Shown here piece after piece: positions 47,154-57,320 of a stretch of 64,000 bases of DNA (its first letter is position 1; the number at the start of each line of letters is the position of its first letter). Under the pieces are notes generated by a model. That model was not told where the DNA came from and ran no database searches. It saw only the letters and a list, made by a program, of their open reading frames with translations. Source of the stretch: a virus; the IMG/VR virus record IMGVR_UViG_3300003309_000010, positions 20,391 to 84,390 of that record. One strand, given 5' to 3'. The position numbers and the translations under genes are program-made.

Positions 47154-47181
47154 TAGGGTAGGGGGTATACCCCCTACCCTA
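47154..47181. other. 28-bp perfect palindrome
   Basis: TAGGGTAGGGGGTATACCCCCTACCCTA. Confidence 0.85.
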
Positions 47182-47196
47182 TAACCGGAGTAAAGT

Positions 47197-47820
47197 ATGT
47201 CCAAATTCAATTTTCCGATTCCTCAGTCTACTCGTGAGGGGTTTGTTTACTTAAGCGAATATTTCAATGCAAGCGAACAATTCGATTTGTATTGTCATCC
47301 TTTGGATGATAAACCTCATTACCACGTTGGTGCGAGATGGGGTGACGAACCTCATCAATATACATCTGAAGAGTTACCCAGAGCGCTCAGCGACGATGAG
47401 CGTCGAAATCTGACCGGTCCTATCAAGATTGCAGTAGAACGCATGGTCCAACGCGACCTGTTTATCACCTACCCGGGTTCCGCGCCTCCTTGTACTGAAG
47501 AGAGAACTATTGTATTGGTTCTCCCTATAACTAAAGTACGGGATGGTTTTGCTGTCAACCCTAATCAGCTGCAACAAGCTGTGAACCAAATGATAGCAGC
47601 GAACAAACCTTCCGACATGTCGTATATATTCAGTACCACGTTGCCTGACTCGTACGACCAGACGTGGGGTGGATATCTACAATCCGGAGCATTGGAAAAA
47701 GCGCTAATTGAAACAGCGTTAAGAGCAACAGCCGCCGAGATGACCGCTGTTAACTACGGCGGTATTACGGTGGGTGATAACACCGCCACCATGCTATTTA
47801 AAGAATTCGAGACGAATTAA
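47197..47820 (+). CDS. Hypothetical protein
   Basis: GGAG RBS. Confidence 0.7.
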   Translation: MSKFNFPIPQSTREGFVYLSEYFNASEQFDLYCHPLDDKPHYHVGARWGDEPHQYTSEELPRALSDDERRNLTGPIKIAVERMVQRDLFITYPGSAPPCTEERTIVLVLPITKVRDGFAVNPNQLQQAVNQMIAANKPSDMSYIFSTTLPDSYDQTWGGYLQSGALEKALIETALRATAAEMTAVNYGGITVGDNTATMLFKEFETN

Positions 47821-47856
47821 TAGTCTTGATTGAAACATAATTTGGAGTGTAAAACA

Positions 47857-49284
47857 ATGACAGATTCAACTACTAACAAACCCAATCCTTTCTTAGCCAC
47901 GACGTTAGAATACATGGTGGGATTTTCTCTTTCGCCCGACGATGTTGTCTTCGTGGGTTCATTGCATTCTGGACATGGATGCACTTGGGCTCAGTTCGAA
48001 ACACTCTCTGAGGAGTTTTCCGGGGATGCGTTTTCATGGTCAGATGCCGAAGATGTAGCATCTGATTTAGCCATTGTATTTTCCAATGGCGACATAATGC
48101 GTTGGTATTACAATGAGGATTACGAATGGCTTCATGTACCTGCGTATGATCCAGATAAAGAGGTGTTACCCATTACAAAAATAATGAGTACTCGTAGTCT
48201 TGAGAACACTTTAGCGGATATGAACGTAGTGAAAGAACCCGGTCCTGTTTACGCTGTACCCGGAACGCTTGACCCTCGACATCCGGTTATCGCCTGTACG
48301 TTTGACTTGCAACCTCACTTCCACATTGACGTGGAAGATACTGTGTTGACAAGTCCTGCTTTGTGGAAAGCTCTGGTTAATTTAGCCATTAACCCAACCT
48401 ATCATAAAGACAGCAATTGTACTTCCGCGTTAAGGGATTTGGATGACTTGTTTGGTGAGGTACCTGTTGTGCTACTCGACGCTTGTCGAGATATTGCCAA
48501 AAGATTCCCATCAACAGCCAGTGTCGAATGTCTCGATGTTAAAATGGAAGATGGTTATGATGCGATGGTTACCGCCTACTTTGTTGAAGGCGATTTGTTG
48601 GTGGAAGCCTCACTTGAAGATGGCGAGTTAGCCGAAACATATAGCGGTGTGCTCAACCCGAAACACGTTACGGAGAGTTTGCAGTTCTTCATGGAATTGG
48701 TGGTAACGCAATCGCCGCTACTTGGTGACGAACACGCTACCGGCGATCTGCCTGAGGAGTGCGCTCTAGTCCTGAGAGACGCCTTGCGTGCTTACATGCA
48801 AACAGGTACGAGAGTCCATCTCGGATATCTCATCTGTACGCATGTTATGTTATGCGCCCAATCCAAAAATCTCAGGTTCGTCTTGAAAAACGGATTCGAG
48901 CATGACGATAAATATACACCGCTGTTGACTTATAGCAGTAAGGATAGTGCAATGTTGTTTATCCCTTATGCGGAAGGTGTCTCACATGTTTCCGGACTTG
49001 ACAACGTTTTAGAGTGGAACGGACTCTTTGAGAGCCTGAAGACTCTCGTGCCTACTGATGTTACCGCATTTAATCTTGTGTTAGGTTTAACCAACGACAC
49101 TGACAATCCGATGACTCTAGCCGATAAAATGTTACATCAATTCGATTTGTGGGGGAGACTGGCAAACCGTGACGTCACTGACGTCTGGTGTACAGAAACT
49201 GAGTCGCTAAACACCATGCCCGATGACATACCTAAAGGTATTAAGTTGTCTTTGAGACTTACAAGAAAAGATACCAACCAATAA
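47857..49284 (+). CDS. Multi-domain hypothetical protein
   Basis: GGAG RBS sets the start near 47857. Confidence 0.7.
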   Translation: MTDSTTNKPNPFLATTLEYMVGFSLSPDDVVFVGSLHSGHGCTWAQFETLSEEFSGDAFSWSDAEDVASDLAIVFSNGDIMRWYYNEDYEWLHVPAYDPDKEVLPITKIMSTRSLENTLADMNVVKEPGPVYAVPGTLDPRHPVIACTFDLQPHFHIDVEDTVLTSPALWKALVNLAINPTYHKDSNCTSALRDLDDLFGEVPVVLLDACRDIAKRFPSTASVECLDVKMEDGYDAMVTAYFVEGDLLVEASLEDGELAETYSGVLNPKHVTESLQFFMELVVTQSPLLGDEHATGDLPEECALVLRDALRAYMQTGTRVHLGYLICTHVMLCAQSKNLRFVLKNGFEHDDKYTPLLTYSSKDSAMLFIPYAEGVSHVSGLDNVLEWNGLFESLKTLVPTDVTAFNLVLGLTNDTDNPMTLADKMLHQFDLWGRLANRDVTDVWCTETESLNTMPDDIPKGIKLSLRLTRKDTNQ

Positions 49285-49372
49285 CATCAAACTGAATAAC
49301 TCTCTCCAAGTTATGTTAGTAAGCCTAAGGGACACTCGTTGTCCCTTATTATTTTTATTTAGTGAGGAACAT

Positions 49373-50125
49373 ATGGAATCTGAAAATAAGTGGGTATTGT
49401 TATCGCCCTCAAGTACCAACCCGACTTACGGTATGAAGACTCCGGGGGGAGTTTTGATACGCGTCGATCACCTTCATGGGATGAAGCAAACTCACCCCTG
49501 CACCCTGCAACACATCGATGGAGTTAAACTATCGTATGTTGGTGCGGATACATATAAACTCACCGCACCGGATCCAAAAACATCAACTACAGCTTTGGAT
49601 ACTGTTGTCGGCGAATATCCAGACGGATTAACCCAACGCGAGTCGAATATTCTACGTAAAGTTATCGATCATTATACCAGTACAGTGGAGAGTGAAGAGT
49701 TGTCAGATGAACCGGAAACTGTATCGCTGGCTTTACAAATTAACAAGGATTTATTTACTGCGTGTCCGCTGTTGAGTTCTTCTGAGTTCTGGACGACAAC
49801 CATGAAAGTTGCTGTGGATAACTGCACCGATGGGTTGGATGGGCTCAAACTCGCCTTATTCGAATACTGGTCAACAGTGTTGGACATCAAGGAATACACG
49901 TACCGAGATATCCAGATCGCATTAGATGGAACTATCTATCGGTTAACTCACTACCCGGTGATTTGGTTCAGCAAACTTTTAGATCTTGCTATCGCCTTGG
50001 ATAGCGAGGATAAAGTTCCGGACTTGGCAGTAAGTGTTAGATTCGTGGAATCTAGCAAACTTCATATCGTTAACGAGTCGGGAGTCGAAATCGAATACAA
50101 CGTATACTCTAAGGAGGAAAAGTAA
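49373..50125 (+). CDS. Hypothetical protein
   Basis: GAGG RBS; the upstream hairpin TAAGGGACA-ctcgt-TGTCCCTTA argues against the 49313 start. Confidence 0.7.
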   Translation: MESENKWVLLSPSSTNPTYGMKTPGGVLIRVDHLHGMKQTHPCTLQHIDGVKLSYVGADTYKLTAPDPKTSTTALDTVVGEYPDGLTQRESNILRKVIDHYTSTVESEELSDEPETVSLALQINKDLFTACPLLSSSEFWTTTMKVAVDNCTDGLDGLKLALFEYWSTVLDIKEYTYRDIQIALDGTIYRLTHYPVIWFSKLLDLAIALDSEDKVPDLAVSVRFVESSKLHIVNESGVEIEYNVYSKEEK

Positions 50126-50905
50126 ATGTCGGATACCGAACTAAAAGAAAACGATGGTTTAATCGAGACGTTATGGCGTACGATAGACGTGTCTGGTCTG
50201 ACTCAAACAGACGCGATGAATGTATCTGGTGGCGTACTCGTCCGAGAACTTGTACTGATTAGTGATGGACTGGATCGCGTCGATATGGAAGAAGTAGAGG
50301 CGGCAATGCCGGTCACGGTGAGGTCTGTCGGGGTCAACATCACACCACAAACTTGCGTAGCCTTAACTTTCGTCCCGAACATGATGGTGACGTTTGTCGA
50401 CGATTGTTATCGGCTTATACCTAACCCGAAATCGCTGGAGTGTGTCGAATCCCTTGATCCAAAATATCAAACCGTTGACGTACTCGATTTACCTCTCACC
50501 CACCAAGTGTCAGGTAAACCCGGTCTACATCTGTGTGTGTCGTCGATATGGCAATCTTTCATTTCGTTTGGATTCCTCTATGAGGATACCCGAGATGGAC
50601 TGATGGCTTACGGAAAGATATTGGAGAAGGATGGCATATATCTGCTAAACGATAAGTTATGCGTACCGGGTAATAAGCCGATGAAGATACACCGTAGCGA
50701 TATGGTGAGTAACGCTCTGCCGAACTTCTCAATCATCGATGCGTTGGAAGCTTTCGTGGATAAACTAAAATCCCAAGGATACGTTCGAGCAAGTATGGTG
50801 TCTATTGTTCCATGGCAAGATACGTTAGTCCAACAGACGGGCGGCGGGAAGTCTGCGGCGGTAGGTTGTTTTAGGCTATCGGTGTTGGTGAGCAAACAAC
50901 GCTAA
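50126..50905 (+). CDS. Hypothetical protein
   Basis: AAGGAGG RBS. Confidence 0.7.
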   Translation: MSDTELKENDGLIETLWRTIDVSGLTQTDAMNVSGGVLVRELVLISDGLDRVDMEEVEAAMPVTVRSVGVNITPQTCVALTFVPNMMVTFVDDCYRLIPNPKSLECVESLDPKYQTVDVLDLPLTHQVSGKPGLHLCVSSIWQSFISFGFLYEDTRDGLMAYGKILEKDGIYLLNDKLCVPGNKPMKIHRSDMVSNALPNFSIIDALEAFVDKLKSQGYVRASMVSIVPWQDTLVQQTGGGKSAAVGCFRLSVLVSKQR

Positions 50906-51144
50906 TGGTGCTTAACGACTCAATACTGGTTAGAGTAGAGATACCCGACCCTGAGATAGATGCACCGGATGTAACGCCTGACGCAAGATGGACCACGGAG
51001 GATATCTATAAAAATGTAGAATACCTCGGATTGGTTGAGACATTGGCCTTTTTGGAACAGAGGGGTATGGTCGCGATCAGCATCGTAGACTGGCAATTCA
51101 GCGTCAACTTCGGGTACGTGTATGCCTATTTGGAAGTGAAGTGA
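50905..51144 (+). CDS. Small hypothetical protein
   Basis: TAATG coupling. Confidence 0.65.
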   Translation: MVLNDSILVRVEIPDPEIDAPDVTPDARWTTEDIYKNVEYLGLVETLAFLEQRGMVAISIVDWQFSVNFGYVYAYLEVK

Positions 51145-51167
51145 GGGTGAGGCTTAAGCCTCACCCT
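51144..51167. terminator. 24-bp perfect palindrome between convergent genes
   Basis: AGGGTGAGGCTTAAGCCTCACCCT. Confidence 0.75.
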
Positions 51168-51682
51168 AAATGCCGTATTTTCCATCTGTGATATTTTTTA
51201 TAGTACCACTCTTTTCCAACAGTGGATTGCTCATCCATTAACTTTAGTATATACTTAAGCTGCCAATCTTTGAATTCGGGGTAACTAGGTCCTTGCAGGT
51301 TCTTTGCTTTGTCAACTTTATACTGTTCGATGGCTTCTTCCGAAGCGCCGGTTTGGCGAAAACTTTCCAACTCCGCCATTCGACTCGCCGCTTCCAGTTT
51401 TCTAATCGCATGCTTGTCGGTTAAATACCGATAGAGATTTTTAATGTTTTTCTTCCAAACCAACTCGTATACTTCTTGAACCTTAATGTGCTCATAGTGC
51501 TCTAACACCTCCGGCGGACGCATTACGATGATGAGTTTGAAATTAGTGGCATTCTTCTTCCAGCGTTTGGAGTGAATGATAATTGGCGGTGTAATGGCGC
51601 ATACGATGAAATAAAGCGCGGCGCTTCCTATTAACGTTAACAACAAATTGAATGCGTAAATGAGTATATCTGTGAGTGTCAT
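51161..51682 (-). CDS. Membrane-anchored protein
   Basis: GGAGGAG RBS; N-terminal TM. Confidence 0.7.
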   Translation of the reverse strand: MTLTDILIYAFNLLLTLIGSAALYFIVCAITPPIIIHSKRWKKNATNFKLIIVMRPPEVLEHYEHIKVQEVYELVWKKNIKNLYRYLTDKHAIRKLEAASRMAELESFRQTGASEEAIEQYKVDKAKNLQGPSYPEFKDWQLKYILKLMDEQSTVGKEWYYKKYHRWKIRHLG

Positions 51683-51712
51683 AACTCCTCCGTTAGACAA
51701 TGATTTGAAAAT

Positions 51713-51734
51713 GAGAGGGTCGAGTGACCCTCTC
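51713..51734 (-). terminator. Terminator hairpin
   Basis: GAGAGGGTC-gagt-GACCCTCTC; T-tract on the minus strand. Confidence 0.65.
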
Positions 51735-52954
51735 TATCTACCCGACAATAATGTCCAAATGACGATGTAAGTTGCGGTTATCGTAATTTGGTTATTTTTC
51801 GCTACAGGGAAGGCCTTGCTTTTCTTAATAGCGCGTTCTCCGCGTTCCTTAAGCCTCTCTAACGTCTCAGATGTAGACCGGGTACTCCCGAACGCGTTAA
51901 CTAAGAATTTATACGCCGCATCGATGTCCCGAAGATTTCGCCGTTCATCTGCCAATCGACTCAATCCGTAAGTCAAACTATTGTCAACGAATTTAGACAC
52001 GTCTTCGTCGGATCCGTAATTATCGGAGAAGTACTCCAATACTTCCGTGAAGCTACGTTTGGACACTCTGGCTACTTTGCTGATCGTTTCCACCAAATCG
52101 AGTTTAACAAACGTGGTTTTTGTGGAGACATTCGTTTCAAGGTAAAGTCGGTACTGAGCTAAACCAGATAAATCTTTAAGTGTCAGGCCATCTTCAGTTT
52201 CAGTTAACGCCGAAGACATGCTGATAGTTTGCTCATTTAACTTGAGCGTATAAAAGACTTTATTCCACCGGTTCAACATTTTACCTATATTGGTACTAAC
52301 GCCAGATATTAATTGAAGAATCTTTCTGTCGTCATCGAAATGTTTGATGTAGAAAAGAAAGTCTTTTCGTCGCTCACCACCAACATACATCTCCATACTT
52401 CTGGCGTTTAAATACTCATACCAACTATTGTAGGATTTCAACTTAACTTGGTTACTGAGCGCGTTGTACGTAGCAAGCGCCCTCTCCTTGTTAGCGAGGT
52501 GTTCCCAGTCGTTGAAGTGACGAGATGTAATGAACTTAAATTGCAGAATGAATAACAAACGAACAATTAGAGATTTCTTTTCAGCATCTCGTAACCTAGA
52601 CGTTTCTATCCGATGCATGAGATAAAAGAACGCGACATTGGTTTCGTCTGTGATTACTTTGTTCTTTTTGTCCAGCATATTCTGTCCATCATTCGACAAC
52701 ACAGTCAGTGAGTGCAACACCTCTCTAAAATCTTCTCGGTCCGTCTGCAACAACACGTCCCAGAAATAATTGAAATCATCCGTTGTAAACTGGATGCTGT
52801 ATACACCCAAGAGTGTCGAACCGAAAAAGCTGGTATGTTGATCGTTTCGTGTTAAGATACCTTGGTACCACGAGTCGAAATCTCGGATGAAATTCCTATC
52901 AATCGTCAAATCCTTGAACAGATTAGCGAATGCTTTTTTCAGTACCCCACTCAT
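51734..52954 (-). CDS. Conserved Chimalliviridae core protein near the DNA polymerase (gp49-like by recollection)
   Basis: N-terminus RNDQHTSFFGSTLLGV matches the recalled HxxFFGxxLLGV family motif. Confidence 0.55.
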   Translation of the reverse strand: MSGVLKKAFANLFKDLTIDRNFIRDFDSWYQGILTRNDQHTSFFGSTLLGVYSIQFTTDDFNYFWDVLLQTDREDFREVLHSLTVLSNDGQNMLDKKNKVITDETNVAFFYLMHRIETSRLRDAEKKSLIVRLLFILQFKFITSRHFNDWEHLANKERALATYNALSNQVKLKSYNSWYEYLNARSMEMYVGGERRKDFLFYIKHFDDDRKILQLISGVSTNIGKMLNRWNKVFYTLKLNEQTISMSSALTETEDGLTLKDLSGLAQYRLYLETNVSTKTTFVKLDLVETISKVARVSKRSFTEVLEYFSDNYGSDEDVSKFVDNSLTYGLSRLADERRNLRDIDAAYKFLVNAFGSTRSTSETLERLKERGERAIKKSKAFPVAKNNQITITATYIVIWTLLSGR

Positions 52955-53409
52955 TCTTCCTCCGATAGCGACAACATCGCTTCCGTGGTGTCTATCCCGA
53001 TAATAGCCTCATCAGGATTCAGCTCGAATTCTTCAGGATTTAACTCGACATCTGTCCGTTCTGATACAGGTAGGACTTCTACGTCTTCTTCGTCTTCTTC
53101 CCTTACGCAACGTTTACCATTGGTGGTTACCAGCTCTTTATATATCTGGAACGCCATTGCGTTAGCAGATTCAGAACTCTCTTGCTCAATCTGGTTTCGT
53201 TGTTGTGTAAGAATCGACGAATCGACATCTTTCAAGGCTTTTAACGCAACGTTCATGATCTTGGGATCAGACGACGCGCTCGCGCCACCTTCTAACAACG
53301 CACCTGCGAGTAAACGGCGGATATCGTTGTTTTCTTGTAGGCAAACAGATGCCTCGGAGCCAGGCACCATTTTCTGTATTTGTTGTTCTAGCTGGTCGCC
53401 TATACTCAT
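52951..53409 (-). CDS. Conserved helical protein
   Basis: GAGGTG RBS sets the start at 53409; acidic tail; minus-strand TATG at 53441-53444. Confidence 0.65.
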   Translation of the reverse strand: MSIGDQLEQQIQKMVPGSEASVCLQENNDIRRLLAGALLEGGASASSDPKIMNVALKALKDVDSSILTQQRNQIEQESSESANAMAFQIYKELVTTNGKRCVREEDEEDVEVLPVSERTDVELNPEEFELNPDEAIIGIDTTEAMLSLSEEE

Positions 53410-53487
53410 GATACACCTCTTCAAATAGCTGTGTTTACGACATAACATTTATCCAAATTAGTGTAACACAAATCAAAGGAGCATTCG

Positions 53488-54570
53488 ATGTACAAACAAA
53501 GTCAAGTCATACACAATTTCATCAAAGACGCCATGATGTCCCCCGTCGACATCTTCAGCTTTGTCAAGCAGTATCCAAATATTATTCACGTGGATGGCGA
53601 GGAGGATATCTTCGCTATGGTTACTCAGTACATTGGTACTCTTTTACACAAACCTCACATGCCGTCAAACGCACCTTCTTGGGATGCGGTTGAAATGTTT
53701 ACAGCATCTCTGTTGAGCGTACACTCTCTCTACTTCGGAAAGATAAGTAGGAGTGGTTGGATTCCGGTTCCGTTATCTTCAGAGTTCGTTGATTTGGTTA
53801 CGAAGCCTATAATGATGGAACGTGACAGCATCGGCATCATGGAATTCTTAAACCAACACAACATGAATGGAAGACTGGAGATTTTAGAGGACCTCCGACA
53901 TGAAATAATCAACTCAACCAAAGCAGATTTAACACTAAGCATTGCTGAGCACAGAGCGCACTCAATAATTACCATGTTGTGTCCGGGCGTTTACTCAGAA
54001 GCCTTCCGTAAACTCAAAAGCGTTTACATCCAGTGTTTAGAACTATGCAATGTTCGAGATTTAGATGGCGTCGTAGAGAAGGTATCTGCGATATACCGTA
54101 ATAAGGACATTACAGATAAAACCGCAAGCGTGTATCTGGAGCTGAGAAACCAGATACCCAACCTCACCGATGTCAAAGTAATAGGTATCCTCAACTTAGC
54201 CGATACTTCATTTATGCGACTCAACAACATCTACTCTCTATTGTTAAGGAAACACAACATCAGTATGCACACTGAAGCTAAAGGCGACTGGATGATACCA
54301 GACATCACACCCTTCGTCGAAATGTTAGAGAGTGAGTTTTTCGTTCAAGGCGGTATCACTGTATTGAGCGTTCCTGCAAAATACTACGCCGCATCGGATC
54401 TCTACCAAATCGAAGATTTGATCCACTTCTATCAACAACTCAAAAGAGAACTTCTCATACGGAAGAACGCCAATGCCGATTGGGCCGCTACCCAAGCCTG
54501 CATTGCTCTTCTTACTAACCATTATAACGACCATGTAGGGGTTAAGTTTCAGCTAATCCCTTCGTGTTAA
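53488..54570 (+). CDS. Alpha-helical paralog family member B1 (divergent)
   Basis: GEEDIFAMV...; AAGGAG RBS. Confidence 0.65.
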   Translation: MYKQSQVIHNFIKDAMMSPVDIFSFVKQYPNIIHVDGEEDIFAMVTQYIGTLLHKPHMPSNAPSWDAVEMFTASLLSVHSLYFGKISRSGWIPVPLSSEFVDLVTKPIMMERDSIGIMEFLNQHNMNGRLEILEDLRHEIINSTKADLTLSIAEHRAHSIITMLCPGVYSEAFRKLKSVYIQCLELCNVRDLDGVVEKVSAIYRNKDITDKTASVYLELRNQIPNLTDVKVIGILNLADTSFMRLNNIYSLLLRKHNISMHTEAKGDWMIPDITPFVEMLESEFFVQGGITVLSVPAKYYAASDLYQIEDLIHFYQQLKRELLIRKNANADWAATQACIALLTNHYNDHVGVKFQLIPSC

Positions 54571-54586
54571 CTCAAGGAACACCACT

Positions 54587-55786
54587 ATGACTCAAGAAGA
54601 TATTTTATTGAAAAATGTTGACGCTTTAACCAGCGTTGTCCTCAACATGTCCGCAAACGATCCCGATCATCACGAATGGCGAATCCGCACACTGGAACGA
54701 ATAGTTGCCGACTTCCCTACAATGGAAGATTGGCAGATTATTGCGTACATGAAAACCGTTGCGACGAACTGTGCTAAACTTTCCTACATTGACGCTGGAC
54801 CAAGCTTATCTACGGTTACGTTGTATATTGTAGCGACGATGTATCTGCGTCATGAAATGTCCACAATGGATAGCATCGATCCGCTTCCAGAAACCCTACA
54901 GATTAATCTCAATAAGAAAGATGAGAATATCGACGAAGCGTTGACGATCGGTCACATTAAAGCGCAACAACTTTTCGCTTCAGGGTTCGATGTGGGTGAA
55001 GTGCGGACGTACTTGAAGAATAACACCGACTTTGTTGGAGATGCTTTGCAGACTCGTGTAGAACACTTACTCTGGGCATATTTGAAAGTCACGTTAGAAG
55101 ATGAACTACACGAAGTAACCAAGATTCATGTTAAACTTTCTCAGCGCTGGTTCGCGACCGATAAGTTCGAAGAGGTGTTAGTAGAGACACTTTCTAACCC
55201 TCACGATGAAAGTGATCCGCTGAGATACGTTTCTCGGTTATTTTACCTCGTACCCATCGACCATATCCCTCACGCAATCTACCGCGCCTTACTGAGAGTC
55301 GATATGGATAAGTTCGCCCCTAACGTTAGTATTAGAGATCTACTGACGTTCGTGAGCGACGCTATACGCCAAAGGGTCAGAGCCGACAGCGTGATCGCTA
55401 ATAAACCGTATTCCGATATGATACCCGATCTCGGTTATTTGATTGATCCGCTTAACCACGATGACTGGTTTGACGCTCCTGGTCTCGCCGCTGCGTGTCA
55501 ACTTGCAGTGGAAAAAGATAATGTTGTACTACCTGACCTGTGGGCAGTTAAAGAGTACATTCATACGGAGTTGTTAAACAGTGAAGGGTTTCGAAAAGCA
55601 GAAGAGCGTACGCACATCGCTTTGGATATACTGATTAGCGTGTTATGTCAATCAATTTATCGGGATATAGTAGCTATTACTGATAAGTGGAAACCTGCGC
55701 AGTTGGGTCCAAAGTCGGAGCGCGTTGCTGCACGTATCCGCTGGAACACCGAATACCTCTCGGGAGTACCCGCCGAAACTAAGTAA
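54587..55786 (+). CDS. Alpha-helical paralog family member B2
   Basis: FPTMEDWQII...YLRHEM. Confidence 0.7.
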   Translation: MTQEDILLKNVDALTSVVLNMSANDPDHHEWRIRTLERIVADFPTMEDWQIIAYMKTVATNCAKLSYIDAGPSLSTVTLYIVATMYLRHEMSTMDSIDPLPETLQINLNKKDENIDEALTIGHIKAQQLFASGFDVGEVRTYLKNNTDFVGDALQTRVEHLLWAYLKVTLEDELHEVTKIHVKLSQRWFATDKFEEVLVETLSNPHDESDPLRYVSRLFYLVPIDHIPHAIYRALLRVDMDKFAPNVSIRDLLTFVSDAIRQRVRADSVIANKPYSDMIPDLGYLIDPLNHDDWFDAPGLAAACQLAVEKDNVVLPDLWAVKEYIHTELLNSEGFRKAEERTHIALDILISVLCQSIYRDIVAITDKWKPAQLGPKSERVAARIRWNTEYLSGVPAETK

Positions 55787-55869
55787 CGATCCAGCCCAAT
55801 TAACGGCGATATTATGGCGGGGATAACCAGCATTATTAAAACAATTACCCGTAAGGAGTTTATTATGAA
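55786..55869 (+). repeat. Direct repeat copy 2 (promoter/RBS cassette, half terminator)
   Basis: Identical to 35367-35457 except for a 7-nt indel. Confidence 0.95.
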
Positions 55870-56755
55870 AATCACCACGTATACTGATTTGAGCAGTTTA
55901 GTGACTGACGTGTTAGCGGATGAGTCGAGACAACGTTTCCATTTGACTCAACCACTACGTGAACTTCCCCGTCATACCCCTGAAGAGATTATCCGCATCG
56001 TGATGGATCATCCCGGTTTCTATCCGGAAGAGTCGAGATCCATACCGAAGTTGGAACAACAAATTTCATTAGCATTCTCGCTGATAGCGGTGTCCGAATA
56101 CCTCGGAGCAATGGATATTAAGAATAACGAATTTGTCAATGTGGCTGCACCAGAAGGATTTGTAGACGCTGTCATGAACGTTAGTAGTAAAGTTTTCTAC
56201 GGTTTTGATAGTTTAATTTACAACCAAGCCGAAATTGCTCAGGTCTTTAAAATTATCCGAGAAAATGTAGACGCGTTCAATCCCCACAATCTCCAATACA
56301 TTTACGAATCTATTTTCAATAGAGCCGTGCGTATTGAACTGAAACATGCGGAGGCTCGCTGTATGTTGGTGGCTTTATTAGTCACGATGGTCAACCACAG
56401 CCATCTGTTCGATGCTTTGTTGACAGATTTACGTATATTGCGTGAAGAGCAGGAAGCGTTGAGGGCGTTAGCATTAAATACGGACTTCGTTGAACAGTTG
56501 AGTGCGATGACTTTAACTGAAAACCAAGCAGAGATTTTGGAAAACATTAAGGACGGGCACAATACCAAGGCTATACTAATGACCTTGCATCATAGGAATA
56601 CGCAGAGGGTTGGTAGAGATTTAAATGCGTTGGTTACAAAGGGGTATATTAGGCTGGATAATCCCCCACCGGCGACCTCTAAAGAGAACACAGCCTATAT
56701 AGTGGCTACAGTACCTCAATTGAAAAATCATTTCCTAACCACCATTGCCGATTAA
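55865..56755 (+). CDS. Alpha-helical paralog family member B3
   Basis: AAGGAG RBS sets the start at 55865; LPRHTPEEII motif. Confidence 0.75.
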   Translation: MKITTYTDLSSLVTDVLADESRQRFHLTQPLRELPRHTPEEIIRIVMDHPGFYPEESRSIPKLEQQISLAFSLIAVSEYLGAMDIKNNEFVNVAAPEGFVDAVMNVSSKVFYGFDSLIYNQAEIAQVFKIIRENVDAFNPHNLQYIYESIFNRAVRIELKHAEARCMLVALLVTMVNHSHLFDALLTDLRILREEQEALRALALNTDFVEQLSAMTLTENQAEILENIKDGHNTKAILMTLHHRNTQRVGRDLNALVTKGYIRLDNPPPATSKENTAYIVATVPQLKNHFLTTIAD

Positions 56756-56783
56756 CACCAACTAGTTTGTATGGAGTTTCACC

Positions 56784-57320
56784 ATGACTAAAATTAATAA
56801 CACATTTGTCATCAACGCCGCATCAGCATTACAATTCGATGAACCTGACGGTTCAGCGTTAGACACAATCGTCGATACACTTCCCTATAACGACGACGTC
56901 ACAATGTTGGCATTCTTTGATGCTGTCATTAAGGAACTGAATACCCGACCACACCGTTGTAGTGCGGATAATTTCAACATTTTCGCAATTGGCGCACTTG
57001 CTGCACAGCGTCGACGCTTCCCCGACAAGTTTGATGTCAAATCTTTAAAGACATCGATACCCGGGAAATTGCTGAAGACGCTTAAAGCAGAAAGTATCAA
57101 AAACGAAACCATTCTTCGTACTTTAAGAAAGCATCGCGAATTACTCAACATCGATTCTGTTGTGAGTGTGACTGCCAAAGTGTATCAAGAATTGGTCGGC
57201 TCTATTGGTCCCGAAGCTGCGTCGTTCCGGTCTCGGTTTGTTATGTCGTTGGTGTTGTCGGAACACTACTACGCCAAAATAGTGGACATGACACTCGCGT
57301 TGGGAGACCGCCATGATTGA
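56784..57320 (+). CDS. Alpha-helical paralog family member B4
   Basis: LPYNDDVTML...QRRRFPDKF. Confidence 0.8.
   Translation: MTKINNTFVINAASALQFDEPDGSALDTIVDTLPYNDDVTMLAFFDAVIKELNTRPHRCSADNFNIFAIGALAAQRRRFPDKFDVKSLKTSIPGKLLKTLKAESIKNETILRTLRKHRELLNIDSVVSVTAKVYQELVGSIGPEAASFRSRFVMSLVLSEHYYAKIVDMTLALGDRHD

Noticed and set aside
49313-49372. ORF-track N-terminal extensions (also 5547, 6750, 15686, 28208, 28614, 29089, 37272, 44339, 55814)
   Set aside because: Stronger RBS-linked downstream starts exist, and the extensions overlap terminators or upstream genes.
51161-51682. Zincin-like metalloprotease motif (LEHYEHIKVQ...E)
   Set aside because: Spacing does not fit HExxH; at best a degenerate remnant.
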